A stretch of 64,000 nt of DNA from an uncultured Candidatus Saccharibacteria bacterium (lineage in GTDB: Bacteria > Patescibacteriota > Dojkabacteria > SC72 > WJKH01): assembly GCA_964602665.1 (NCBI GenBank), contig CAZRRH010000001.1:72414-136413 (forward strand), given 5' to 3'. Under the pieces are notes generated by a model, which saw only the letters and a list, made by a program, of their open reading frames with translations, was not told the DNA's origin and searched no databases. Position numbers and translations under genes: made by a program. The stretch's first letter is position 1, and each line of letters starts with the position of its first letter. Positions 8,644-18,797 of the stretch are shown piece after piece.

Positions 8644-10779
8644 TTAATCTTTCGTTACCTTTTTCTCGAAGTACTTTTTAGGGTCAGTTGCTTTTAATTT
8701 AGCAAGCTCGGCATTGTTTGCAACAGAAGCCAAAGCCATAAACAAAGGTGTTTTTGCATATTTATCAAGGTATCCACCTCTATAAAGCAACATCAATACA
8801 CCGATAATCATAAATAACACCCCGACAAGCACTCTTCCCATAACTGTATCAAAAATCCCAGTACCAGGAGTAAGACAAGTCTGATCAACCCTAAACACAA
8901 ATTGAGTCCTAAGAGTATTAGGATCTGTTGGCATATTTGGAATTTGAACAACGACTTCATTTTGATTTTGTCCGCTCAGCGATTGAGGTCCTGCCAAAAC
9001 ACCTATTGTGATAATAATATTTTTGCCATTTTCAACGCCTGGTAAACTGCTCATATTCCACACAAGTTCCTGGGTACTACCAACGGTATTTATTGTAGGC
9101 TCCTTGCCCGTCGTAATAGGCACTCCATTTATACTCATTGTGCTACTGTTTGCGATATAAGTAAAGCCCAGTGGCAGTTTATCTGTAATACTTGTAATTA
9201 ACTCTCTTGTTGTCCCTGTGTTGTTTAATGTTATAGTGAAGTTAGCTCTATTTCTTGGTGAAACACGAGTTACACAACTTGTTCCCGTTTTCGAGACTGC
9301 TATATTTGTACTTGATGGCGTTACACCTCCTGCTCCCGTTATAGTTATTGTTCTATTTCCATCACTCCTTCCTGTACAGCTTACAGTCTCACCATTTGCA
9401 ATCATCTGTAAAGCCACATTATATGTCTGACTTGTTTGTCCTGCCGGCAATATGATTGTCAAAGGTAAATTATCCGCAAATCTACTTCCTGATAAAGATA
9501 AAGTGTATGGATTTGAGCTTATATCCGCGATGGGAATATTTATTGTGTTTTTATTTGAGATACCTGCTTCAGGGACATTGAAACTAAAAGTCACATCTCC
9601 TGTTATTAAATCCTTGTTTGTAATTGTAATAGTTGCGCTATCAACTGTTACTGTATTTACTCCTGACAGAGGAGAGACAGCGTCTAAAACGCAAGAAAAC
9701 TCTGGATCGCCGGTTCCTCCATCGTCATCGTCATCATCATCATCAGAGGCATAAACCGTAATACTTTTTGAGCCACAACTTGCATACTGGCCATCTTCAC
9801 CTAAATATTCAACTGTAAATGTATAAGTATGCTCTTCTTCGCCATCAGGAACGACAAAAGGAGTTATTAAAGGATTGACATTTGAACTTTCATATAGGTA
9901 AAGTTTATCCAATGTAAAGTCATAAAAATCCTGAGATTTAGATGTGCTTGTCAAATCTTCTGTTATCGCAGGCTCTTGCCCACTTACCGTCATTCTCAAT
10001 TTTGCCTCATCGAGAACAACATTTTTGATTGTTGCAGATACGCTATCAAGCTCCATTGTACCAGAAGAGTATGATGCAGGAGTTACAATATTTGCTAAAC
10101 ATTCAGGCTGTTTGACTTCATAACTTCTCGTGCAGTAACTCGAATCTGCCAATTTAGTATCAGTGCTGTCATATAACTCTACTTCCACATCAAACCCGGA
10201 GTAGTCCTTTGGTATAACCTCTGCAAAAGAAATAGTACAAAGCTCTCCTGTAGCACAAGTATCAAGAAGTACTTCTCCTATATTCTCCCCACCTATTTTT
10301 AGTTTAGCCTTGGTCACGCTGGTGTCTTTTCTGATTTGTGCTTTTACATAAACAGGAATATTTCGATCTAATGGATATGAGAGAATTTCCTCTTCATCTA
10401 TTGAAGAGGTACTCCCTAAGAAGATATTTTCACAGTAAGCTGGATTAAATGTTGTAATATTAATTGCTTGCCATGAAGCCTCTTGACAAGAGATTGTTCC
10501 ATCAATTTTAGAACTACAACTTTGAGGCTCCTTGCCAAGAGATTCTATCGAAGGGCAAGTTGCACCAGTTTCTTTTTTTGAATAAACAGAATCTTGCAAA
10601 GTTGCACCCGTCACATCTTCGGGTGCCCAGTAACAACCATAGTAATCACTTGCAGAAGAGTATTGGGGAGTGACATCTCTTATGTTTTGATACCAGTAAG
10701 CTATACCAAGCCCTGATAATCCTAAAATTCCGGCCATAACAAAGACGGCAATGATACCTATTTTGTTCTTTTTTTTCAT
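8644..10779 (-). CDS. Large membrane-anchored surface protein with beta-rich/DUF11-like domain
   Basis: N-terminal TM; Cys pairs; poly-Asp linker; 'IAVSKT...FTITLNNTG...ITDKLPLGFTY' DUF11-like pattern; C-terminal PGTG followed by a TM helix. Confidence 0.7.
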   Translation of the reverse strand: MKKKNKIGIIAVFVMAGILGLSGLGIAYWYQNIRDVTPQYSSASDYYGCYWAPEDVTGATLQDSVYSKKETGATCPSIESLGKEPQSCSSKIDGTISCQEASWQAINITTFNPAYCENIFLGSTSSIDEEEILSYPLDRNIPVYVKAQIRKDTSVTKAKLKIGGENIGEVLLDTCATGELCTISFAEVIPKDYSGFDVEVELYDSTDTKLADSSYCTRSYEVKQPECLANIVTPASYSSGTMELDSVSATIKNVVLDEAKLRMTVSGQEPAITEDLTSTSKSQDFYDFTLDKLYLYESSNVNPLITPFVVPDGEEEHTYTFTVEYLGEDGQYASCGSKSITVYASDDDDDDDDGGTGDPEFSCVLDAVSPLSGVNTVTVDSATITITNKDLITGDVTFSFNVPEAGISNKNTINIPIADISSNPYTLSLSGSRFADNLPLTIILPAGQTSQTYNVALQMIANGETVSCTGRSDGNRTITITGAGGVTPSSTNIAVSKTGTSCVTRVSPRNRANFTITLNNTGTTRELITSITDKLPLGFTYIANSSTMSINGVPITTGKEPTINTVGSTQELVWNMSSLPGVENGKNIIITIGVLAGPQSLSGQNQNEVVVQIPNMPTDPNTLRTQFVFRVDQTCLTPGTGIFDTVMGRVLVGVLFMIIGVLMLLYRGGYLDKYAKTPLFMALASVANNAELAKLKATDPKKYFEKKVTKD

Positions 10780-10812
10780 ACTTGTTTCTATATTAACATT
10801 CTTTGGGGAATT

Positions 10813-11742
10813 TTACAATATACCTAGCAACATGGTCAATGCTATTTTCGTATCAATTTTGCCCTGCTTTGATTTCCAATCAATAAAGTTTATCTTGCTA
10901 TATATTTTTTTTAGCATGGTCCAATTATAATTATCAATATTTGCCTTGATTTTTGAGAGAACAAAGGGATGAATTCTTGTTTTTTCAATAATTTCTTGCG
11001 CCGATTTCCTATTATCTAGTAATTCCTTTATCATTATTAATTGGTCTAAATTTCTTGAGATACTATTAAGGATCATGTAATCATCATATCCGCTATTGCT
11101 AACATTTTCATAAACTTTTAGAGCTAATTTCCTGTTACGGTCATTTATAGCATCAGTTAAGTCCCAAATCTGATTCTCATATGTATTTGCAACAACCTTT
11201 TGTATAAGTATCGGATTTATTTCCTCTCCTGTTTTGCATATCAAAGACAGCTTAGAAATTTCGTTGTCAATTTTTTCTGTATTGTAGTTTGTTCTACTAA
11301 GCAATAGATTAGTTGACTCTTCTGTTAATTTTAATCCCTTATCGTTAAGCAATGACTTGATCCAAGCGCCAAGCTCCCTTTTATTCATAACATCAAAACA
11401 ACTGCTGTTTTGAATGTTTTTGATATAGCGACTATTTGATTTAATTTTCTCATCTTCCCATAAAATAATTTCTACTTTATTTTTAATTGCTTGCACGCGG
11501 TTAAAGAACTTCTCGATTTCATCGTTAAAACCCTTTACCTTTGAAAGTCTTTTTATAAAAATCACCTTACCAGATGAAAACAAACTCAGAGATTCTATCT
11601 TATACAAAACATCAGGCAATTCCATCCCTTGTGCATTTATGACCTGCGCTTGATAAGAGGGGTTTGCCAAAATAATCTCTTGATATTTAGCTTTTGCCTT
11701 GCTCAAACTAAGGTACTTATCGTTGCCATGATATAAATACAC
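10813..11742 (-). CDS. holA: DNA polymerase III subunit delta
   Basis: 'YLYHGNDKYL', 'LSLFS', 'NEISKL', 'IWDLTDAI', 'IHPFV', 'DWKSKQG'. Confidence 0.88.
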   Translation of the reverse strand: MYLYHGNDKYLSLSKAKAKYQEIILANPSYQAQVINAQGMELPDVLYKIESLSLFSSGKVIFIKRLSKVKGFNDEIEKFFNRVQAIKNKVEIILWEDEKIKSNSRYIKNIQNSSCFDVMNKRELGAWIKSLLNDKGLKLTEESTNLLLSRTNYNTEKIDNEISKLSLICKTGEEINPILIQKVVANTYENQIWDLTDAINDRNRKLALKVYENVSNSGYDDYMILNSISRNLDQLIMIKELLDNRKSAQEIIEKTRIHPFVLSKIKANIDNYNWTMLKKIYSKINFIDWKSKQGKIDTKIALTMLLGIL

Positions 11743-11760
11743 TGTTTTTTAGATTACAAG

Positions 11761-13872
11761 TTATGCCTTCGCTTTTTTGAGTCTAATTTTGCCCTCTCTA
11801 TCTACTTCGGATACAACTACGCTCATTATTTGACCAACTTTAACAAATTTGCTTACATCTTTGACAAACTCTCCGTTGCCAAGCTCTGATACATGAAGCA
11901 AGCCGGTCAATCCTCTAGATAACTCAACAAAAGCCCCATAATTTTCCACTCTTGTAACTTTGCCTGTGTACTCTTTACCCACTTCTGCAACCGCACCATA
12001 GCTCTCTACTTCAGCAAGCGCGTCTTGCAAGCCTTTGTCTGAAACAGAGTATATCGAAACAATACCAGCGTCATCGATATTAATATCTGCTCCTGTGCGC
12101 AGTATCAGGTCCTTTATATTTTTACCACCAGGTCCGATTAAATCGCCTATTTTATCAGTAGGAATCTTTGTGCTAACAAATTTAGGTGCATATTGAGACA
12201 AATCTTTTGGCTTTGAGATTGTATTCTCAATTGCTTCAAGTATTTTTAACCTCGCCTCTTTACTTTTTACAAAGGCGTTCTTAAAAATTTCAAGAGGTAA
12301 TCCTCCAGCTTTTTCATCCATCTGAATTGCTGTTACACCATCTTTGGTTCCTCCAACTTTAAAATCCATAAACCCATAAAAGTCCTCAACATCTCTCATA
12401 TCAACAAGCAGTTTATAATCATCAAAATCTAGCTGAGCATTATCTTTTTCGTTTATCATAACACCAAGTGCAATACCAGCAACAGGCTTTTTTATTGGCA
12501 CACCTGCGTCTAATAGTGCTAAAGTAGACCCACAAATCGATGCCATAGAACTTGATCCGTTTTCAGACATGATTTCACTTATAAGCATAATCATATAAGG
12601 AAACTCCTCTTCACTTGGAAGGACAGGAACAAGCGCTTTCTCCGCTAATGCACCGTGGCCAATCGCTCTTCTCCCTGGCACAAATTTTATTCTATCTACA
12701 ACTCCATAGCTATAAGGGGCTTCTTCATAATAGTGCAAATATCGCCTCGAAACTTCACCACCTACATCTTGAACTAATTGTGCGTTCTTTAGACTATCAA
12801 GAACTGCAATTGTAAGAACTTGTGTCATTCCTCTTGTGAAAAGCCCACTTCCATGAGATCTTGGTAATATACCGGTTTCTATTGACAGCTCTCTTATTTC
12901 ATCAAATTCTCTGCCATCAAGCCTTTTGTTTGTACTCCATATAATTTCTCTTGTCGTCTTTTTACGAAGTTTCTCATAAGCGAGGCTGATTTGTTGCTTT
13001 GAATACTTACCTTCAAATGACTTATCTGCATAAATAGTTTTTAAAACTTGCCCATCTTTGTTGTCGATATTCAAAAGCTCTTTTTTGATTTCCTCTTTGT
13101 AATCCTTCTCTAATTTTGAATACAAATCTTGATCAACGGCAAAAGACTCATAGGTAATTGTATCTTTTTTTGCTCCGTCTAATGCTGCTGTTACAAATCT
13201 TTTTTGAATCTCTTCCCATTCTGCAATTTTTTTCATGCCAAATTCCATCGCCTGTACTACAGTATCCTCAGGAATTTCTTGCATATCGGCATCGATATTT
13301 ACAATTCTTTTGCTGTCTCCAGCGATTACAAGATTCATTTTGGTTTCTTTATCAGAGTTAAAGACATCGTTGTAATTCATATAAAAATCACCTTTTTCAT
13401 CTTGGCTTACTCTCGCGATTGATATTGGACCATCAAAAGGCAACCCCATTATCATAAAGCCGGCAGAAACGGCATTTGTAGCAATTATTACAGGATCATT
13501 TTGTTCATCATAAGAAAGAACTTTTATTATAACCTGTACTTCGTCTCGATAATCTTTGGCAAATCTAGACCTTACAGATCGATCAATAATTCTTCCCTTA
13601 AGAATTGCTTCGTCAGAGGGAAATCTCTCTCTCTTAACAAATCTTGATGAAGAGATAAGGCCTGCAGAATAAAGCTTCTCTATATACTCAACAGAAAGAG
13701 GAAAATAATCCATCTCTTGTGAAGCAGGAGCTGCATTAATCGTAACTAAAACATTTGTATCACCCATGGTAGCGTAAATAGCAACCTGTGATCTTCTAGC
13801 AATTTTACCAACAGCAAAGGAACAAACTTTGCCATCAATTTCAAACTGCTCTTTTTTTTCATTGAATAGCAT
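11761..13872 (-). CDS. pnp: Polyribonucleotide nucleotidyltransferase (PNPase)
   Basis: DYFPLSVEY, RSHGSGLFTRG.TQ, SENGSSSMAS, MDFKV; KH (IGPGGK) and S1 domains. Confidence 0.97.
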   Translation of the reverse strand: MLFNEKKEQFEIDGKVCSFAVGKIARRSQVAIYATMGDTNVLVTINAAPASQEMDYFPLSVEYIEKLYSAGLISSSRFVKRERFPSDEAILKGRIIDRSVRSRFAKDYRDEVQVIIKVLSYDEQNDPVIIATNAVSAGFMIMGLPFDGPISIARVSQDEKGDFYMNYNDVFNSDKETKMNLVIAGDSKRIVNIDADMQEIPEDTVVQAMEFGMKKIAEWEEIQKRFVTAALDGAKKDTITYESFAVDQDLYSKLEKDYKEEIKKELLNIDNKDGQVLKTIYADKSFEGKYSKQQISLAYEKLRKKTTREIIWSTNKRLDGREFDEIRELSIETGILPRSHGSGLFTRGMTQVLTIAVLDSLKNAQLVQDVGGEVSRRYLHYYEEAPYSYGVVDRIKFVPGRRAIGHGALAEKALVPVLPSEEEFPYMIMLISEIMSENGSSSMASICGSTLALLDAGVPIKKPVAGIALGVMINEKDNAQLDFDDYKLLVDMRDVEDFYGFMDFKVGGTKDGVTAIQMDEKAGGLPLEIFKNAFVKSKEARLKILEAIENTISKPKDLSQYAPKFVSTKIPTDKIGDLIGPGGKNIKDLILRTGADINIDDAGIVSIYSVSDKGLQDALAEVESYGAVAEVGKEYTGKVTRVENYGAFVELSRGLTGLLHVSELGNGEFVKDVSKFVKVGQIMSVVVSEVDREGKIRLKKAKA

Positions 13873-13921
13873 AAAAATAAATAGTAAATAATATTAAATC
13901 AAATGAGAACTTCTTAAAAAA

Positions 13922-14185
13922 TTATAGGCCAAGTTTTTTAGCGAGGCCGTTATATCTTTTCTCATCGGTTCGTTTCAAATAATCAATTAGTCTTCTTCTT
14001 CTTCCAACCATTTTAACAAGACCAACTCTAGAATGATTATCCTTTTTATTCTCGTTTAAATGAGCTGTCAGTTTTTTTATACGCTCAGTGAGAATAGCAA
14101 TTTGAACCTCTGGAGAGCCTGTATCTTTTTTACTTACTGAAAATTCTTTTATAAGCTCCTGTTTTTTATCTTTGTTTAATGACAT
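13922..14185 (-). CDS. rpsO: 30S ribosomal protein S15
   Basis: [22 protein letters not shown]; directly upstream of pnp. Confidence 0.98.
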   Translation of the reverse strand: MSLNKDKKQELIKEFSVSKKDTGSPEVQIAILTERIKKLTAHLNENKKDNHSRVGLVKMVGRRRRLIDYLKRTDEKRYNGLAKKLGL

Positions 14186-14218
14186 ATATTATATTATAAC
14201 ACAATTTTACTTTTTATG

Positions 14219-15328
14219 TCAATTATACATTTCTTTTATTAAATTTGCAATTATTTCAGGGGCTTGTTCTGCGCTCATTTTATCCATTAAAATGGTAGCA
14301 CAACAACTGTTTCCGCTCCCTCCAATAATATTAATTACTTTTTTAAGATTAAATCTTGATTTATAAGCAGATTCCATTTTTACAATACTCTTATCCATGC
14401 CTGTGACTGCGAGAATATTTAATATTGTCTCGCTTGAGGTCATATATGGGATTTTAAATTTAAAAAAATCGTTTATTCTGACAGGATTTTTTATAAGCTT
14501 ATTAAAAAACTTAGCAAGTTTTGTTTCAGTTTCTTCAACATTAAATATTGTTAAAAAAATCTCTTTATTTTGGCTGTATTCCTGATAGAAAGGGGCTTTA
14601 CTTATTAAACGATTATAAGCGTTTATTGATTCTGGAGATTTTAGACGATCAAGGTTTTTTATGCTATTATAAAGTGCTATTGGGGTTTGACACATTTTAA
14701 CAAGACTATCTAATGTCTTTGTATTATCCTTAGTTTTTTCATATCCATCAACAAAATTTTTACTATATACAAATTCATCCAATAGAATACTTGCCAAGTT
14801 TTTTGATAAACTTTCTTTCACTAGCTTTGATATGTCAAAATCCTCTTTTCTAAGAAATAATTTTGGTAATTTTTTAAGCATTTTCTTGTCTTTTGCACCG
14901 ATATTTGCAATCTCCTCTCCTTCTTGCCCCTCATAGAAGATTGCGCCATCAAAATCTGCGCTAGCGTTTTCATAGCTTATGTTTTTGAAATCAAAAAAGC
15001 CATCTTCCGGATAAATATGGAAAAGTATCTGAGAATTTTTTTCATCAATATCATAGCTAATTTTATCTATTTTTTTATCACCATAATTTACAGCAATAAT
15101 ATACGAATCGAAATTTATTTTATGATTAATTTTAATTTCATGTTTTTTAAAAAGGGCAAGAGCGGGCATTTTTACAAGACCTGTTATTACAAGTTCTGAT
15201 CGTTTTTTTATCTCTTTTAGCTTTTTTGATAAAAATATTATATTTGAGGCATCAGTATGGGATTGGACAGGTTTTGTAATTATAATAACCTTATTTTTTT
15301 TATCTAAGAAGTTATTTAATTTTCGCAT
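14219..15328 (-). CDS. Degenerate DHH/DHHA1 (NrnA-like) protein, probably inactive
   Basis: Lies between infB and rpsO; C-terminal 'IGGSGNSCCA' resembles the DHHA1 GGGH motif; no intact DHH triad. Confidence 0.45.
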   Translation of the reverse strand: MRKLNNFLDKKNKVIIITKPVQSHTDASNIIFLSKKLKEIKKRSELVITGLVKMPALALFKKHEIKINHKINFDSYIIAVNYGDKKIDKISYDIDEKNSQILFHIYPEDGFFDFKNISYENASADFDGAIFYEGQEGEEIANIGAKDKKMLKKLPKLFLRKEDFDISKLVKESLSKNLASILLDEFVYSKNFVDGYEKTKDNTKTLDSLVKMCQTPIALYNSIKNLDRLKSPESINAYNRLISKAPFYQEYSQNKEIFLTIFNVEETETKLAKFFNKLIKNPVRINDFFKFKIPYMTSSETILNILAVTGMDKSIVKMESAYKSRFNLKKVINIIGGSGNSCCATILMDKMSAEQAPEIIANLIKEMYN

Positions 15329-15462
15329 ATAGTTTACTTATACTATATCTTAGTCTGTTCTGCAATATCAAGTTTTGTCATTTCGATATGCTATCATATT
15401 CCACAAACATTAACCTTTGTTCTATATACCCATGCTTCTTTATGTAATATTATTTCATTATT

Positions 15463-16014
15463 ATGAAAAAAGATATTAATGGTCTTATTGGCAATAAAAT
15501 CAGGTACTATAGAAATAGTCGTAACTATACACAGCAAAGACTTGCTGATAAAGTTGGTGTCTCTTGGGAGATGATCTCAAGATATGAAAGAGGAAGTAGT
15601 TCAGTATTTAATAATCTTGATAAAATATGTGACGCGTTAAATGTCTCTTTATCTGAACTTCTTATTGATCAAAACAGTTTCAATAATCGAATTCCTCTTT
15701 TTGAAACAGCTTCTTTTCTTCCGCAACCAGACCAAAATCTTAGCTTACTAACATATCATTGCCCAGACTGGCTTTTGATGATGGACAAAAATGCCTTAGC
15801 ACTTCTTCTTTCAAAAAATGTTAAGATAAATATTGCCGGCATTGAGATAAATAACATTATTTATCTCTCAAAAGAACAAAAACCAACAGATTTAAGCCTC
15901 GTTTTCTTTTTTATCGATAAAGGATATGTAATTGATACTTATTCGCAATTCAAGAAGAAAAGTAGCGCTCAATTTATTGGCGTTATCGTCGGTCTTGAAA
16001 AAAGATTTGTTTAA
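15463..16014 (+). CDS. XRE-family HTH transcriptional regulator
   Basis: 'IGNKIRYYR...TQQRLADKVGVSWEMISRYERG'; C-terminal domain loosely S24-like without evident catalytic residues. Confidence 0.8.
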   Translation: MKKDINGLIGNKIRYYRNSRNYTQQRLADKVGVSWEMISRYERGSSSVFNNLDKICDALNVSLSELLIDQNSFNNRIPLFETASFLPQPDQNLSLLTYHCPDWLLMMDKNALALLLSKNVKINIAGIEINNIIYLSKEQKPTDLSLVFFFIDKGYVIDTYSQFKKKSSAQFIGVIVGLEKRFV

Positions 16015-16019
16015 GATTG

Positions 16020-17636
16020 TTAAATGGCGACAACTTTGTAGCAGAAGATCGTATCGCCAGCTTGTACATTCTCAATAGAAGGATCGATAATTGCACCAAA
16101 ATCCGTACCCTTTGACGCTGATTTAATCTCATCTTTAACATGCCTTAAAGAAACAATTCGACCTTTGCCAATAATATCATCACCTCTGAGTATATAGCAT
16201 CTTTCATTGCTTTTTATCACCCCGTTTGTTACAAGACCACCAACAACATTTTTCCCATTTGATAATGTTACAATTCCTTTTACTTCTGCAGTACCAATTT
16301 CCTCTTCAATTTCATCATTACCTGCAAGCATTTCAAGACTCGCTTCAACTTCTTCTGTTAACTCATAAATTATGTTATATGTTCTTACAAGAACTTTTTT
16401 TAACTCATTGTACTGCCTGGCCACAGGCATTACGTCAACTTGGAATCCAAGAATTATCGCTTTTGTATTAAATGCCATATCAATATCTTTCTGACTTACT
16501 GATCCGACCGATGCGTCAACAATATTAACAGATACATTTTGCTCTCTGTATTTACTATCAAGTCTTGTAAGAACTTTTCTTATGGCTTCAAGTGAGCCCT
16601 CAGATGGAGATTTTATTATCACATTTAGCGACTTAATTTTGACAACATTACTCTTATCGGCAAAGACATTATTCCAGAACTCATCAGCCTGTGCCTTCTT
16701 TTCTTCTTCTACGACAACTTGCTCTTCTTCGATTTTCTTTGTCAGACCTATGTATTCGTTGTATATCTTCTCTGCATCTTTTTTCATCTCTTTTGGGACG
16801 CATAAAACAGTTGACCCTAGTTCCAAAATTTCACCTACACCCATAACTTTACCACCCTGTCCATCTTCTAATTCTGTTATGTTCTTGCAGTCATCCGTTA
16901 TAAATCCCCTTATATTTGTTGCTAAAACACCGTTTTTACTCTTAAAGACAATTAACTCTCGCGATACAAATTTCCCCGCCGTATTTACAATCGAAGAGAG
17001 ACAACCTGTACAATCGTCTTTTACAGACTCCAATACCGTTCCCATTCCTAAAATTTTTCCTTCCATGCTTTTTGGAATAGAGTCTCTTTTTATCCCTTCT
17101 ATTTCAAGGACTAAGTTTATCGTTTCCAAAAGATCCTCTATGCCCTGGCCTGTTTTTCCTGATACCTGTACGACTGGAATGTTTCCGCCCATACCTTCGA
17201 GAAGTAACCCTTCATTCGTTATATCTCTTTTGACTTTTTCAATGTCAATATTTGGCAGATCGCATTTATTAATAACGACAAGAGGAGAAGCGTGAGACTT
17301 TTTAATTATTTCAATGGACTCTTTAGTTTGTGGCTTCACACTATCATCTGCTGCGACAATAAGTAAAACAATATCAGCAATCGAACCACCTCTTACTCTC
17401 ATAAGGTCAAAGGCTTCATGGCCCGGCGTATCAATGAAAGATATTCTTGCAGAAGGATTTTCCGGCTGTGGACAAACGGTAAATGCTGATATTTTTTGCG
17501 TTATACCCCCATATTCACAAGCTTGTACATTGGTTTTTCTTATTTGGTCAAGTATCGTTGTTTTGCCATGATCGACATGACCCAAGATGGCAACTATTCC
17601 TATTCTGTTTTTTTTCTCTTCTGCTTTTTTAGCCAT
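16020..17636 (-). CDS. infB: Translation initiation factor IF-2, short form
   Basis: GHVDHGKT, GITQ, DTPGHEAF, NKCD; lacks the long N-terminal domain. Confidence 0.96.
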   Translation of the reverse strand: MAKKAEEKKNRIGIVAILGHVDHGKTTILDQIRKTNVQACEYGGITQKISAFTVCPQPENPSARISFIDTPGHEAFDLMRVRGGSIADIVLLIVAADDSVKPQTKESIEIIKKSHASPLVVINKCDLPNIDIEKVKRDITNEGLLLEGMGGNIPVVQVSGKTGQGIEDLLETINLVLEIEGIKRDSIPKSMEGKILGMGTVLESVKDDCTGCLSSIVNTAGKFVSRELIVFKSKNGVLATNIRGFITDDCKNITELEDGQGGKVMGVGEILELGSTVLCVPKEMKKDAEKIYNEYIGLTKKIEEEQVVVEEEKKAQADEFWNNVFADKSNVVKIKSLNVIIKSPSEGSLEAIRKVLTRLDSKYREQNVSVNIVDASVGSVSQKDIDMAFNTKAIILGFQVDVMPVARQYNELKKVLVRTYNIIYELTEEVEASLEMLAGNDEIEEEIGTAEVKGIVTLSNGKNVVGGLVTNGVIKSNERCYILRGDDIIGKGRIVSLRHVKDEIKSASKGTDFGAIIDPSIENVQAGDTIFCYKVVAI

Positions 17637-17656
17637 TAAGTCTCCAATATTTAATA

Positions 17657-18709
17657 TTACTTCTCAATGTCTATTTTCATACCGACAAGCTTATATGCTA
17701 ATCTGACATTTTGCCCATCTCGCCCAATTGCAAGTGATAATTGATCCTCAGGAACTTGTACTTTTGCGACTCTTATTTTTTTACCCTCATCATCTTTTTC
17801 TTCGACAATTTTTACGCTATCGACTTTTGCAGGACTCAGAGACTTTTTAATAAACTCTTGTGCGTTATCATCCCATTCGATTATATCAACTTTTTCCATG
17901 CCCAGTTCGTCCATTATTGCGGTTATTCTTACTCCTTTTTGACCGACACAAGATCCTATAGGATCAATGCCTTCCTGGTTTGATTTAACAGCAACTTTAC
18001 TTCTTGATCCAGCTTCTCTCGCAATAGCTTTTATTTCTATAACACCCGATTCTATTTCTGGAACTTCCATTATAAAGAGAGCCTTTAAGAAATCCGCTGA
18101 AGCTCTATCTACAACAAGATATTTGCCCTGATCACTATCTTCAATTGTTTTTAACAATACTTTATACCTATCGCCAGCTTTATAAAACTCTGTTGGAACC
18201 TGATTTTCTTTTGGCATATATGCTGTAGCTTTGCCTATCTCAAAAACAGCTCTATCTTTTTGCATTCTTTGCATAAGAGCAGAGAATATTTGGCCAACTT
18301 TGTCGGTATACTCCTTAAGAATTGCTTCCTTCTCTTTCTCCCTTACTCCCTGCATCAAAACCTGTTTAGCAACTTGTGCTGCAATCCTACCAAATTTCTC
18401 AAAAGGAATTTCTGTTTCAATTATATCTCCTTTTTTAACATTGGCAGCTATTTTTTTAGCCTCTTTTAGTGATATTTCAGTGTCATTATCAGACGCTTTT
18501 GTCTGCACTGTCTTGCGCACAAGCATCCTAATTTGGCCGGTTTCTCTCTCTATTTGCACCGATACATTATCTGCTTCTTCTTTTTCAATTTCAAAAAGAT
18601 ACGCCTTAAGCATACCTTGTTCCAAAGCAACAAAAACTTCTTCCTTATCAATGCCTCTCTCTGCACATATTTGATTAATAGCTGCAATTATTTCTGTTGT
18701 AACTGCCAT
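17657..18709 (-). CDS. nusA: Transcription factor NusA
   Basis: FGRIAAQVAKQV, AREAGSRSKVAV, DPIGSCVG, LAIGRDGQNVRLA. Confidence 0.97.
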   Translation of the reverse strand: MAVTTEIIAAINQICAERGIDKEEVFVALEQGMLKAYLFEIEKEEADNVSVQIERETGQIRMLVRKTVQTKASDNDTEISLKEAKKIAANVKKGDIIETEIPFEKFGRIAAQVAKQVLMQGVREKEKEAILKEYTDKVGQIFSALMQRMQKDRAVFEIGKATAYMPKENQVPTEFYKAGDRYKVLLKTIEDSDQGKYLVVDRASADFLKALFIMEVPEIESGVIEIKAIAREAGSRSKVAVKSNQEGIDPIGSCVGQKGVRITAIMDELGMEKVDIIEWDDNAQEFIKKSLSPAKVDSVKIVEEKDDEGKKIRVAKVQVPEDQLSLAIGRDGQNVRLAYKLVGMKIDIEK

Positions 18710-18729
18710 TTTTTTAACACTAAAAATTT

Positions 18730-18769
18730 AAAAAACGAGGGCGATTCTCACCACCCTCTTAAAATCGCC
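18730..18769 (-). terminator. Terminator-like hairpin in the nusA leader (possible attenuator)
   Basis: Minus strand GAGGGTGGT-GAGA-ATCGCCCTC-GTTTTTT; upstream GGCGATT can pair with the 3' arm instead. Confidence 0.6.
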
Positions 18770-18797
18770 AATTTCACATCAATATTTATATTATACA

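Noticed and set aside
9719-9745. (TCA/TCG)n trinucleotide repeat
   Set aside because: Encodes the poly-Asp linker of the surface protein
16582-17571. 237-aa and 85-aa plus-strand ORFs
   Set aside because: Antisense shadows of infB with no motifs
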